Below the pieces are notes generated by a model. It ran no database searches. It was not told the origin of the DNA and was given only the letters and a program-made list of their open reading frames with translations. The position numbers and the translations under genes are program-made. Shown here piece after piece: positions 1 to 12,919 of a stretch of DNA of 64,000 bases. Each line of letters begins with the position of its first letter. Position 1 is the first letter of the stretch. The DNA is from the human T2T-CHM13v2.0 reference genome, Homo sapiens, in NCBI RefSeq assembly GCF_009914755.1, contig NC_060936.1. One strand, given 5' to 3'.

Positions 1-280
1 TGAAAGCAAGTGAATTCATTTGGTTGGACCTTGAAATAGTTAGAGAAAGAAGGTGAGGGTTGTCTTCTTGGAGAGAGGTGTAGAGAGCTATGTGCTTGGA
101 GTTATGAAAGGACCTTTCAATATCCAGTCTGAGGGCTGGGGCTGGCCTGCCTTCACACAGAGCTCATTCCCATAGGTTTTATTTGAGCCACTGTCACCCT
201 GCAGGGGAGCTTTCCTGTACATAACAGAAGCATTCTGCAAAGATGTGTGTCCATTCCACGTCTCCTACCCTTTACCCCTT

Positions 281-320
281 GAACAAAACTCAATAATACT
301 GAACAAAACTCAATAATACT
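281..320. repeat. Perfect 20-bp tandem duplication (GAACAAAACTCAATAATACT x2)
   Basis: Read directly: 281-300 equals 301-320. Confidence 0.95.
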
Positions 321-654
321 GAGCCCTACTATGAGAAAGAGCCTGTGCTGGGACCGGGGGATGGTGTTTATAAAGGTAAATTAGAAACACGCAAAGCACT
401 CTCCTTCATTTGTTCATTTGGTAAACATGTATTGGACACCTACTGTGTGTGCCTGGGAATGTACCAGAGGCTGCAGAAGCCACTGTGAATGAGCACCTCC
501 CACCGCCCCTACAAGCTGCTCATAGCCTAGCAGAGGAGACCTATACATCAACACAAATTTCTGTACATCTACACGTTACTCTGGATATCAGAGAAAGAAG
601 GGCTATTTATTCATTTATTCACCAAAAAGTGTATGAAGCTGGATGCCTTTGGTT

Positions 655-830
655 CAGTTATTCACTCTGAGGCTCATTTTCCTCATTTGTAAACCAGGAA
701 AAATAATAATGATAAAAGAAACTAATAACCTCATGGAGTTGTTGGGAGGATTAAATGAGAAGACGAATGTAAGGGGCTTAGCACGGTGCGTGGCACAAGG
801 CAAATGCCCAACTTATGATGGCTTCAATAA
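655..830 (+). mobile_element. MIR fragment
   Basis: MIR core: CTCATTTTCCTCATTTGTAAA...GGAGGATTAAATGAG. Confidence 0.75.
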
Positions 831-1212
831 ATTATTAGTGATGAAATATTAAGTAATAACAATAACATTACAGACTTGCTGAATAGTTGTTTGGAATGGA
901 TGCATGAAAGTGCCTTGTCTACAAAAAGCAATCAATACATATTTACAGAATGAAATTGTGCTCTTATTAAGAAAAATAGGAAGGGGCGTGCCTCCGTGTG
1001 AAGGAGGAGGATATGAGAACTTCCTGGATCAGATCTCCAGAGACACTAATGTGATCTACTCAGGGTTAAAAAAAGTCCTTTTCTCCCCCTAAAGCCAGCA
1101 GGTACTTCTGCCTTCCCTCCCTCTTCTCTTTCACCTTCTACCCACCACTGTTAACCTGTGTGTCTCTTTCCCTCTTCCTGTCCCCTCCTCTTTTGGGAAG
1201 CTGCCTTCACAT

Positions 1213-1440
1213 CAGTGGTTCTCCCTGGGAGAGTAGGAAAGGGAATTTTGTTTCCCAAGGAACATTTGGCAATGCCTAGAGACATGTTTGGTTGACACAA
1301 TTGAGTGGTGATGCTACTGTAGATAGAGGCCAGGGATGCTGCTCAACACCCTACAATATACAGAAGGGTGCCCTGCTTCTCCTGCAGCCCCAGAATTATT
1401 CAGCTCAAAATGTCAATAGTGCAGAGGTGAAGACAACCTG
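1213..1440 (+). mobile_element. MER20 (hAT-Charlie MITE)
   Basis: CAGTGGTTCTC...ACATTTGGCAATG...GAGGCCAGGGATGCTGCT...AAAATGTCAATAGTGC...CCTG matches MER20. Confidence 0.85.
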
Positions 1441-2014
1441 CCTCACATCCTGTGGCTGGTAACAAGCCCAGGTTCCCCTGCCCAGCCCCACTGAACGTCC
1501 CACTGGGAAGGGGGTGTGTCACTCCCAGCCAGGCCCCGCCCTCTCTCCCCTGAGCCAGTGGGGATCCCTGGCTGGTCAGAGTTCCAGGGCCAGCTGCTGC
1601 ATGGGCTTTTCCAAGACCTCTCTCTCCTGGTGGGCAAATGTGAAAACCTCTCAGAACCTCTTTGCCTTTCTCCCTCTTTCTAGGAGGCTTTGGCATTTTT
1701 GAGGTCCTGAGGAAACCAGACCTCAGAACCTCAAAAGTTGCCATTGGGTCCCTCTCTGGTGAGAGCTGATCCAGCTATTTTGCACATAGCTCTCAGCCTG
1801 GCCAAGTGCCCTGTGGAGTCTGCAGGCACGGTGTGCGCAGAGGTGGCCAGGCGGTCGGGGACAAGATGATTGTAAAGTTTGAGAGGCATTACAAGTCCTT
1901 CTGGTCTAAAAGATGTCCCCCTTCTGATCTGTTTCAGTGCAAGGCAACTCCACCATTAGCATCACTTCTTGGGCGCTCTTGGGAAGGTAAGCAGCAGTGA
2001 CAACTTGTCTGGAG

Positions 2015-2170
2015 ATTGCATGTGCCGGGCACTGTGCAAAGCGCTTCCCATGTGTCATCAGCGTAGGCACTGTTATTCCATCCATTTCACAGATGAGGAA
2101 ACTGAGGTGCAGAGAGGTTGAGCAACTCTTCCAGGATTTCGCAGCCAGTCATTAGCAAAGCCAAGATTGA
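2015..2170 (-). mobile_element. MIR fragment
   Basis: CCATTTCACAGATGAGGAAACTGAGG core. Confidence 0.7.
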
Positions 2171-3709
2171 GGCAAATTTGGAGAGAGTAGGTAGAAAGAA
2201 CATCAGCTAGTGTCGGGGACAAGCCACAGTCAGCACTCGGAGGCCTGGTTCTGCCTTGGGGCTTACTGTGAGGCTTTGGGAAAGTTCCTAAACCTCTCTG
2301 TTCCACCCTTCAATCTGTGAATTAGGAGTTGCATGTCCCCAGCCCAAATTACATTGGCCAGAGCTTCCTGGGGAACTATATTAGCGCCATCTGAAGTGTA
2401 ATGACTGATATTTGGCAGACATAGAGTTCTGTTTCCTTCTGAGGGCAAACTGATCATGAAGAGGAGCCACTCAGAGACCAGGTCCTTTCCAGGAATGCGG
2501 AGCCAAGATAGGAACCAAAGGGAGGGTTTGGTGGAGCCGGCCCATGGGTATTGAGGGTTGTTCTCTGTCTCTCTCCTTACCTGGGGCTTGGAGCAAAGAG
2601 ACGTGGAAACCTCACCCATAAATAAATAAATAGATGTCCCTGAAGCAGGGCTTATGTGTACAGATCTGGAGAGAGAACTCAGTCATGGGTCAACCAACAA
2701 ACATCTATTAGGAGAAAAATACATGCCAGGCCTTTAGTGCAGCTTGCTGTGGATGCAAAGATGTTAGAGATTCTTGTCTCCAAGATCTCATGGCTTAAGG
2801 AGACACCACCCACGACCTGGCTCCTGAATGTCAGCTCTATCTACCCAACTTCACTGAACTGATTCCAGGAGGGCCCACATACCCCTGAAACTTGGTGTTA
2901 TCAATGCTGAATCATCACTTTCCCCTCCCTACACCTGCTGCCTCTGTGGCCACTGTCATGAGCTCAGCTGCCTGGGCCAGAAACCCTGCTGGCTCCTTCT
3001 CTCTCATCGCACCTCGGATCCATCCCAAATCCTGTTGATTCCCTCTCCTTCATGTCTCTCACCTACCCATGGTCATGCCTCAGTTCAGATCAAAGCCATC
3101 TCTTGCCATGACGTTTGGTTCTCACCCTTTCTCTTCCAATCCATTCTTCCTGCCCCAGCCAAAGTGATTTTGTCACAGAATAAAACTGACTAGGTCACTT
3201 GTGTGCTTATAACCTGCTCCCTTGTTGCTGTCAAGATAAAATCCCAACCCCATACTTGGTTTCCAAGCCCCTGTCCCCTTCCTTTATATCATCTCTTGCA
3301 TCTTTTCTCCCCCAGTTTTCTATCATTTGACTGCATTCTCCAGTGTGTTCACTCCCTTCTGAGCCTGTTGTTCCTTTGATCTTAACTATTCTTCCTCCCA
3401 CTTCCACCCACCTATCTTGCCTTTTGGGTCTCCTCTGAGACAAATCCCCTGTAGGAAACCTTCCATACCCCCATAACTCAGCTGTCTATTTCCCAGCAGG
3501 GCACTGAGCTCACGGAGGGCTGGGGCTGGCCTCTACCCACCCCTCCTACCAACATCCAGCCCAGTGTCTGGCTTATAGCCGATGCTAAATAAATAACCAG
3601 GGGATGAGTTGATGCAAGGGTCCAGCAACCAGTGACCTCGGCATTTCTGGGAGATGGGGAGACCTGTGAAGTTTTTGTGGGGATTTAGGGTTTCTTTGCG
3701 GGGGGTCCA

Positions 3710-4000
3710 GCTTGACTGAGGAACAGTTGATGTAGAATAAACTGCATATATTTAAAGTGTACAATTTGATGAGCGTTGACATGTACATGCCTGAGAAACT
3801 ATCAAGGTACACACCTGACACCTCCCCAAAGTCACCTCCTGTCCCTTTATAATCCCTTCTTCCTTCTCCTCCCTGCCTCCACCTCTGGGCAACCACGGAT
3901 CTGTCTCCTGTCACTGTGGATTAGTTTGCATTTTCTAAACTTTTATAGAAATGGAATCATTCTGTATGTATTCTTTCATGTCTGGCTTCTTTTTCTCAGC
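3710..4000 (-). mobile_element. Old L1 (L1M) 3' end fragment
   Basis: TTTAAAGTGTACAATTTGATG...AATGGAATCAT...TGTCTGGCTTCTTT is typical of an antisense L1M 3'UTR. Confidence 0.7.
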
Positions 4001-4842
4001 TTTGGCCTGAACTAAGACAGGGCCACAGGTAGGTGAGAGGTGTGAAAGAGAGGGAATCAACAGGGTTAGGGATGGATCTGAGGTGTAGTGACAGGGAAGG
4101 GGCCAGCAGGGTTCCTGGCTCAGAGTTGGTTCTGAGCTATGTAATGAAGGATGGGGTATGATTAGACAGGAAGTGGAGGGCATTCTTGTGAGAAGAGAAC
4201 AATGTGACAAATCCAAAAGTAGAAAACTTTGAGGTAACTAGACCAGGCTGTCGTTCATTCACTCAACAAATATTTATTGAGCTCCAACTATGTGCTAGGC
4301 ACTCTGCTAGGGACAGGGCTGGAGTGGCGTGCTAGGGGTCTTCTTTTTGCTTCCCTACATCCACTCCCTGACATTTCTCTGCCTGGCCTGGGAGGCTGAC
4401 CCATTTGGATAGCATCCATGGACTCTCCTTTCACTGGCTTCCCACTGGGCTTGGCCAGTAGACATTCCTGGTGGGTTGGGAGCTATTCCTCTGGCCGCAA
4501 CTCCTGTCCATTGACTCTCTCTACTGCATGACATCACCATTCCAGTGCTTCTCTGGGCAAAGCTGGGGCTCACCTCTTGGAGGCTTGGTAGAAAGCACCA
4601 GAAAATCACCTGGGGGTGGAGACAGGTTTTCTGGAGCCCTTTCTTCAGCATCCCAGGGTGGCAACCATGCGAGTAGCTGGGAGTCTCCTTGGATGACACT
4701 CAGGGACTCATGGCCTCTGTGTAATCTCCAAACCGGACCCACCCCAAGGCTTTCCCACAGAGGAAATGCACCTTCAGGGTTTCTGGGACTGAGGTCCCAG
4801 CCCTGCCTGCAGGAACAATTCCCAAATGGTCAGAAAGAGATT

Positions 4843-4963
4843 TCCTTCCCTCCTTCCTTCCTTCCTTCCTTCCTTCCTTCCTTCCTTCCTTCCTTCCTTC
4901 CTTCCTTCTCTCTCTCTTTCTCTCTTTCTTTCTCTTTCTTCCTTTCTTTCTCTTTCTTCTTTC

Positions 4964-5005
<42 letters not shown>

Positions 5006-5059
5006 CTTTCTTTCTTTCCTTTCTTTCTCTTTCTCTCTTTCTCTCTCTCTTTCTTTCTT

Positions 5060-5158
<99 letters not shown>

Positions 5159-5160
5159 GT
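4843..5160. repeat. Compound (TTCC)n/(TTTC)n/(TC)n microsatellite, ~320 bp of pyrimidines
   Basis: Read directly; abuts an antisense Alu. Confidence 0.95.
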
Positions 5161-5162
5161 CT

Positions 5163-5392
5163 TCACTGCAGCCTTAACCTCCAGGGCTCAAGTGATCCTC
5201 CCACATCAGCCTCCTAAGTAGCTAGGACCACAAGTGTGCACCACCACACCCAGTTAATTTTTTGTATTTTTTGTAGAGACAAGATTTTACCATGTAGCTC
5301 AGGCTGATCTTGAACTCTTGGGTTCGTAGCAATTCGCCCACCTTGGCTTCCCAAAGTGCTGGGATTACAGGCATGAGCCACCACGCCTGGCC
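5163..5392 (-). mobile_element. AluJ-like, 3' end missing
   Basis: Antisense Alu ending CCACGCCTGGCC, with GGCTCAAGTGATCCTCC (J type). Confidence 0.85.
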
Positions 5393-5734
5393 AATAGAAA
5401 AAGATTTCCAAACTTAGCCTCAGTCCTCTTTTGATCCATATACTTCTCCCAATAACACAGCTAAGGTTTGTAGCTGAAAAACCTTGAATGGAAAGTGACA
5501 GAATCTCACTCTGTCTTTTGCAGAGCCATGTGCTTGGTTGCTTGGGCTGGTCTGCCGTTTATCTTAAAGATGGTCCCACAGGGCCTGTGATCCTCCAGTT
5601 GGACCTAGTGAAAATGGATGTGAATTTGCTTTCTTCTTTGCAAACAGACCATAAGCATCCTGAAGAAAAGTCCCTTCATCTCCACTCTTTAACTCCTCAT
5701 TACTTAATATCTTTCATTTTTTATTCTTTGTTTT

Positions 5735-6020
5735 CTGGAGACAGGGTCTCACTCTGTCAACCAGGCTGGAGTACAGTGGCTGGATCACAGCTCACTGCAG
5801 TTGCCACCCTCTGGACTTTAGTGATCCTTCTGTCTCAGCGTCTTGAATAGTTGGGATCACAAGTGTGCACTACCACACCTGGATACTATAAAAAGTTATT
5901 TGTAGAGATGGGGTCTCACTGTGTTGCTCAGGCTGGTCTCAAACTCGTGGGCTCAAGTAATCCTCCTGCCTAGGCTTCCCAAAGTGCTGGGATTTTGGGC
6001 ATAAACCACCACACCCAGCC
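5735..6020 (-). mobile_element. AluJ-like
   Basis: GAGACAGGGTCTCACTCTGTC...CACACCCAGCC. Confidence 0.85.
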
Positions 6021-6937
6021 TACTTAATATCTTTCTGGACCATGAAAACACTCGTTTTATTTTTGGGGAGTGGTGTGCTATGGGAGGTGGAAGCTCTCCC
6101 ATAAGCAGCCCTTGCTTTGAATAGGGTTGCTTCTTAAATACTTTTCTGCCTGAATACAGAAGAAATCCAAGCTCATGGAGGAACATTTTGGAAATGAAGC
6201 CAGTTGTCAAAGAATAATAAATGAGAGGTGTCCAATCTGGAGCAGGCTTCCTTCCATTAAGTCCTGGTCCTTCCTGGGTAGTGGTGAAACTTACAAATGG
6301 GAATTGTTGAAGGGCTTGGGGAGGCACTGTCTGAAGACTTGAAGGCTTTTGAGTCTCTGAGGGGCTGCTATTTGATGGAGGAATTAGGTCTGTTTGGACA
6401 GGCCTGGAAGGTTGAAAAAGGGCCTTTGGATGGAAGCTCTGGGGAGGCAGATTTAACAACTACAGAAGGTCAATCTTGCCAATGGTTAGGGCTGTTGAAA
6501 AGGGGATGAGCCTCCCCATCACTGGGATATGCAAGAAATGGTTGATGGAGTACAGAGGGCATTTCTAAGGGAGATTGGACCAGACCACCAGTTCCCAATT
6601 GCCCTCAGACTGGACGCATCAGAATCACCGAGGCTCTTGCTAAAAAACCCAGATTCATTCGTTCATGGATACAGCTGATGTCTACTGAGCACCTGCTACG
6701 TGTCAGGCAGTGGGCTAGGCAGCGAGGCCACCATGCTGTTGAGGCAGTTGAGACCCTGGTTCGCACATGACTTATGTTCTAGCTGGGGAGACAGAAAATG
6801 GACAAGATACAAATAAGATCACTTTGTATTGTGATGAGGGCCCAACACAGATAATAGGATGGAGGTGACAGGGACCGGGGGACCTCATTTAGATTTAGGT
6901 CCCAGGAGGTGACTTTCTTTTTGCTTGAGATAGGGTT

Positions 6938-9233
6938 TGATATGGTTTGGCTGTGTCCCCATTCAAATCTCAACTTGAATCATATCTCCCAGAATTCCCA
7001 CATGTTGTGGGAGGGGTCTAGGGGGATGTAATTGAATCATGGGGACTGGTCTTTCCCTTGCTATTCTTGTGATAGTGAATAAGTCTCATGAGATCTGATG
7101 GGCTTATCAGGGGTTTCCGCTTTTGCTTCTTTCTCATTTTTCTCTTGCTGCCACCATGTAAGAAGTGGCTTTTGCTTCCTGCCATGGTTCTGAGGCCTCC
7201 CCAGCCACATGGAACTGTAAGTCCAATTAAACCTCTTTTTCTTCCCAGTCTCGGGTATGTCTTTATCAGCAGTGTGAAAATGGACTGATACAGTAAATTG
7301 GTACCAGTAGAATGATAGAATGGAGTGCTGCTGAAAAGATACCCAAAAATGTGGAAGTGACTTTGGAACTGGGTAACAGGCAGAGATTGGAACAGTTTGG
7401 AGGGCTCAGAAGAAGACAGGAAAATGTGGGAAAATTTGGAACCTCCCAGAGACTTGTTGAATGGCTTTGACAAAAATGCTGGTAGTGGTATGAACAATAA
7501 GGTCCAGGCTGAGGTGGTCTCAGATGGAGATGAGGAACTTGTTGGGAACTGGAGCAAAGGTGACTCTTTCTATGCTTTAACAAAGAGACTGGTGGCATTT
7601 TGACCCTGCCCTAGAGATTTGTGAAACTTTGAACTTGAGAGAGATGATTTAGGGTATCTGGTGGAAGAAATTTCTAAGCAGCAAAGCATTCAAAATGTGA
7701 CTTGGGTGCTGTTAAAAGCATTCTGTTTTAAAAGGGAAATGGAGGATAAAAGTTCAGAAAATTTGCAGCCTGATGATGCAGTCGAAAAGAAAAACCCATT
7801 TCCTGGGGAGAAATTCAAGCCAGCTGCAGAAATGTGCAAAGGTAGGAAGGAGCCTAATGTTAATCCCAAAGACCATGAAGAAAATGTCTCCAGGCCATGT
7901 CAGAGACCTTCACAGCAGCCCCTCCCATCACAGGCCAGGAGGCCCAGGAGGAAAAAGTGGTTTTGTGGGCTGGGCCCAGGGTCCCTGTGCGATGTGCAGT
8001 CTAGGGACTTGGTGCCCTGTGTCCCAGCCACTCCAGCCATGGCTGAAAGGAGCCAATGTACAGCTCAGGCTGTGGCTTCAGAGGGTGGAGGCCCCAAGCC
8101 TTGGCAGCTTCCATGAGGTGTTGAACCTGTGGATGCACAGAAGTCAATAATTGAGGTTTTGGAACCTCTGCCTAGATTTCAGAAGATGTATGGAAACACC
8201 TGGATGCCCAGGCAAAAGTTTGCTGCAGGGACAGGGCCCTCATGGAGAACCTGTGCTAGGGCAGTGTGGAAGGGAAATATGGGGTGGGAGCCACCACACA
8301 GAATCCCTTCTGGGGCACTGCCTAGTGGAGCTGTGAGAAGAGGGCCACCATCTTCCAGACCCCAGAATGGTAGATCCACTGACAGCTTGCACCATGAGCC
8401 TGGAAAAGCCATAGATGCTCAATGCCAGCCCATGAAAGCAGCCAGGAGGAGGGCTGTATCCTGCAAAGCCACAGGGGTGGTGCTGCCCAAGACCATGGGA
8501 ACCCACCTCTTCCATCAGCATAGCCTGGAGGTGAGACATGGAGTCAAAGGAAATCATTTTGGAGCTTTAAAATTTGACTGTCCTTCTGGATTTTGGACCT
8601 GCATGGGCCCTGTAACCCCTTTGTTTTGGCCAATGTCTCCCATTTGGAATGGCTGTATTTACCCAATGCCTGTACTCCCATTGTATCTAGGAATTAACTA
8701 GCTTGCTTTCGATTTTACAGGCTCATGGGCGGAAGGGACTTGCCTTGTCTCAAATGAGATTTTGGACTATGGACTTTTAGGTTAATGCTGAAATGAGTTA
8801 AGACTTTGGGGGATTGTTGGGAAAGCATGATTGGTTTTGAAATGTGAGGACATGAGATTTGGAGGGGTCAGGGTGGAATGATATGGTTTGGCTGTGTCCC
8901 CATTCAAATCTCAACTTGAATTGTATCTCCCAGAATTCCCACATTGTTGTGGGAAGCACCCAGGGGGAGGTAATTGAATCCTGGAGGCTGATCTTTCCTG
9001 TGCTATTCTCATGATAGTGAATAGGTCTCATGAGATCTGATGGGTTTATCAGTGGTTTCCACTTTTGCTTCCTCCTCATTTTTCTCTTGCCGCTGCCATG
9101 TAAGAAGTGCCTTTTGCCTCCTGCCATGATTCTGAGGCCTCACCAGCCATGCGGAACTGTAAGTCCAATTAAGCCTTTTTTCTTCCTAGTCTTGGGTATC
9201 TCTTTATCAGCAGTGTGAAAATGGACTAATACA
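6938..9233 (+). mobile_element. Full-length THE1A MaLR element (5'LTR 6938-7292, internal 7293-8878, 3'LTR 8879-9233)
   Basis: Two ~355-bp direct LTRs TGATATGGTTTGGCTGTGTCCCC...ATACA with THE1A-type features (CTCAACTTGAAT, TTTTGCTTC), about 89% identical by eye, and a 1.6-kb THE1 internal region. Confidence 0.95.
7349..8701 (+). pseudogene. Decayed MaLR (THE1-int) ORF, 1353 bp, four premature TGA stops
   Basis: ORF-track pieces 7397, 7661 and 8129 share one frame; ATG at 7349; TGA at 7358, 7601, 7622 and 8114. Confidence 0.8.
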
Positions 9234-9238
9234 GCATT

Positions 9239-9520
9239 TCATTTCTGTTGCCCAGGCTGGAGTTCAGTGGCATGATCAGAGCTGACTGTAACCTTGACTT
9301 CCTGGGCTCAGGTGATCCTCCTGCCTCAGCCTCCTGAGTAGCTGGGACTACAGGCATTCATCATCGGGCCTGGCTATTTTTTTTTTTTTTTTTTTTTTTA
9401 GTAGAGATGGCATTTTGCCATGTTGCCCAGGCTGGGTCTTGAACTTCTGGCCTCAAGCAATTCACCTACCTCAGCTTCCCAAAGTGCTGGAATTATAGGT
9501 GTGAACCACTGCCCCTGACC
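9239..9520 (-). mobile_element. AluJ body whose tail (~6914-6937) is separated by the THE1A insertion
   Basis: TTTCTTTTTGCTTGAGATAGGGTT before the LTR continues as TCATTTCTGTTGCCCAGGCTGG after it. Confidence 0.85.
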
Positions 9521-10342
9521 TTTAAGCTGAGACCAGGATGACATCAAAAAGCCAGCCTTGGGAAGATCCAGGGAGAGTGTCCCTGATAGAAGAAACAGTT
9601 GTGGTTGACAGAAGGGGAATGTGTTGGAGAATTGGGGTCAGATCACGTGGGGTGTTGTGGGGAATCATGGGGTGCCTGGATTCTGTTTGCAGTAGAGTCA
9701 TCAGAACCCCCAGGAGATAGTGGGGCCAGAGAATCCACTTTTCAAATCAGTTTTCCTGGAGATTCTGATATGCAGCCAGCTTTGAGACTCTCTAGACAAG
9801 AGGACCTTTGGGGCATTCTCTAATGCCAGCTGTCTGTCTCTTGCTCACTACTCCTTGTCCCCAAGGCAGCCTGCCTTTCTGGAATGAGGAGAGGAGAAAG
9901 CTTGAGGCAATCTGGAATATTTTCATTGTTGTCTTCTCATCTCCCATTCCCTGCCTTTGCTAATTTTTCTAGGGAAGCCTTTTAAAATAGGGGAAGGACA
10001 TGAAATTGGAGATGAAGAAGGCTTGTGTATCCCACTCCTTCTGGCTGGAGGTTTGAGAAATACTTTCCTACAAAGCAGTAAGGGGCAATGTGGTTCTGTT
10101 TGTGAGTGAGAACCTGGACAAGGAAGTGGCAGGACTGGCTGGTACCAAATGCAAATATGGGGCCCCTTGCTTGACTGTGATTAAGAGTTTCAAGATGGTG
10201 GCAGTGGAGCATTAAAACCAGGTATGGGGGCCTTCCGAACTAGGCCCTGTGCAACTATGCAGGTTGTGGACCTACGAAGCTGGTCCTGGAGGGAGGAGAC
10301 AGCAGGCAGGGTGACATGGGAAGAGAAGAAGAGAGGTGAGGG

Positions 10343-10670
<328 letters not shown>

Positions 10671-11070
10671 GGCCTCACACAGTTACCTTGGTGAATTATG
10701 GCTCCTGGAGGGCTTTCTGCTACCAGACATGGAGGCAGCCCTTGACTTACTTTATCCCAGTTCAGCCTCCCAACAACCCCTGTGGTAGGTGCCATTATCA
10801 TCTCGACTCAGCAGAAGAGGAAACTGAGGCCCAGAGAGCTGAGGTCGCAATCCCAAGGTCACAGAGCTAGGAGTGGGGCAAATCTGCAATTTGAACACAG
10901 GTTCCCAGACCCAGAGCTGTCACTCCAAGCTATTATTCTACTCCTAAAGTCCCCAAAGCCAGACTGGCACAGGGGAGGTGTAGAGGCCAATGTCCTGGGC
11001 TGGAGCCCTTGTTCTCATGGTGTCCCTGAGACACCTTGGGTACATTATGCTCTGACTGTTATGGTCATAA

Positions 11071-11317
<247 letters not shown>

Positions 11318-11329
11318 AATTATTATTTT

Positions 11330-11875
11330 TTATTGTGAGTGTGGTATAATACATATAACATAAAATTTGCCATTTTAACTATTCTTTTCCTTTTTTAAAT
11401 TCAAGAAGAATAAAATATTTTAACCATTTTTAAGGGGCGCAGTTTGGTGGCATTAAGTACATTCACAATGTTGTGCAACCATCACCATCTAGTTCCCAAA
11501 CTTTATTACCCCAAACAGAAACTCTGTTTCCCTGAAGCAATAACTTCTCATTTCCCTTGTCCCCTGGCAACTTCTGGTTTACATTCTGTCTCTCTGCATT
11601 TGCCTATTCAAGGTATTTCATACACGTGGAATCACATAATAGTTGTCCTCTAGTGACCGGCTTATTTCACATAGTATAATGCTTTCGAGGTTCTTTCATG
11701 TTGTAATGTGTGTCAGGACTTTGTTCCTTTTTATGGCTGAATCATATTCCAGGGTATAGATAGACCATGTTTGTTTATCTATTCATTTGATGACAGACAT
11801 TTAGGCTGTTTCCACCTTTTGGCCATTATAAGTAATGCTGCCATGAATATCTATATGCAGTGATCTGTGTGAGTC
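11330..11875 (-). mobile_element. L1MB-like 3'UTR fragment
   Basis: GGCATTAAGTACATTCACAATGTTGTGCAACCATCACC...TTTATGGCTGAAT. Confidence 0.8.
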
Positions 11876-11924
11876 TCGGGGTTTTTAATTCTCTCTCTCT
11901 CTAGACTATATTTATAGAATATGT

Positions 11925-12045
11925 ATGTATCTATCATCTATCTATCATCTATCATCTATCTATCTATCTAATCTATCTGTCTGTCTGTCTGTCTGTCTGT
12001 CTGCCTGTCTGTCCGTCCGTCCGTCCATCCATCCATCCATCCATT

Positions 12046-12091
<46 letters not shown>

Positions 12092-12177
12092 ATCTATCTA
12101 TCTAATCTATCTGTCTGTCTGTCTGTCTGTCTGTCTATCCATCCATCCATCCATCCATCCATCCATCCATCCATCTA

Positions 12178-12221
<44 letters not shown>

Positions 12222-12230
12222 GAGAGAGAG
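11925..12230. repeat. Compound (TCTA)n(TCTG)n(TCCA)n STR with two-fold higher-order structure
   Basis: Read directly. Confidence 0.95.
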
Positions 12231-12527
12231 AGACAGAGGCTCGTTCTGTCACCCAGGCTGGAGTGCAGTGGTGCGATCTCTGCTCAGTGCAACCTCAGTC
12301 TCCCAGGTTCAAGTGATTCTCCTGTCTCAGCCTCTTGAGTACCTGGGACTGCAGATTGCTGGGACTACAGGCACGTGCCACCACATCCAGCTAATTTTTG
12401 TATTTTTAGTAGAGACAGGGTTTCACCATGTTGGCCAGGCTTGTCTCGAACTCCTGACCTCAGGCGATCTGCCTGCCTCAGTCTCCCAAAGTGTTGGGAT
12501 TATAGGCGTGAGCCACTGTGCCCAGCC
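12230..12527 (-). mobile_element. AluSx-like
   Basis: Antisense dimer; TSD core GGTTTTTAATTCTCTC at 11880 and 12531. Confidence 0.9.
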
Positions 12528-12919
12528 TTAGGTTTTTAATTCTCTCAGGCATACACTGAGAAAGCAGTGATGTGGGCAACGTTAAGTCAGAACCTATCAC
12601 TTTCTTGTAGTGGATCCCATCACGCTTGAATAAAATCCAAGCTGCCCCCATGCCTGGGCTTCTCCTGCCTGACTGCCTTCATTCCCCCACCCTCTCCTCT
12701 TTTTCCTCTGCTCCAGCCACCCGGCCTCCCTGCTGCCCTCACAGCCATGCATATGCCTACCTCTGGGCCTTTGCACTGGCTGTTTTCTCTGCCTGTAAAC
12801 CAGCTGGCCTCAAGTACCCAAGGGGCTGAGCCTCCCACTTTAACTCAGGCCTCTGTTCAAATGTCACCTTCCCAGAGGAGTCCTCCCTGACATCCTTGTT
12901 CAAAACAGTATAGCTCCCC

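Noticed and set aside
4471-5221. 248-aa and 131-aa Phe/Leu/Ser-rich ORFs, and the Lys/Glu/Arg-rich antisense ORF
   Set aside because: They read through the stop-free pyrimidine microsatellite; not proteins.
7590-8878. Similarity to 45702-47042 as a segmental duplication
   Set aside because: The LTR subfamilies and flanks differ; these are independent THE1 insertions.
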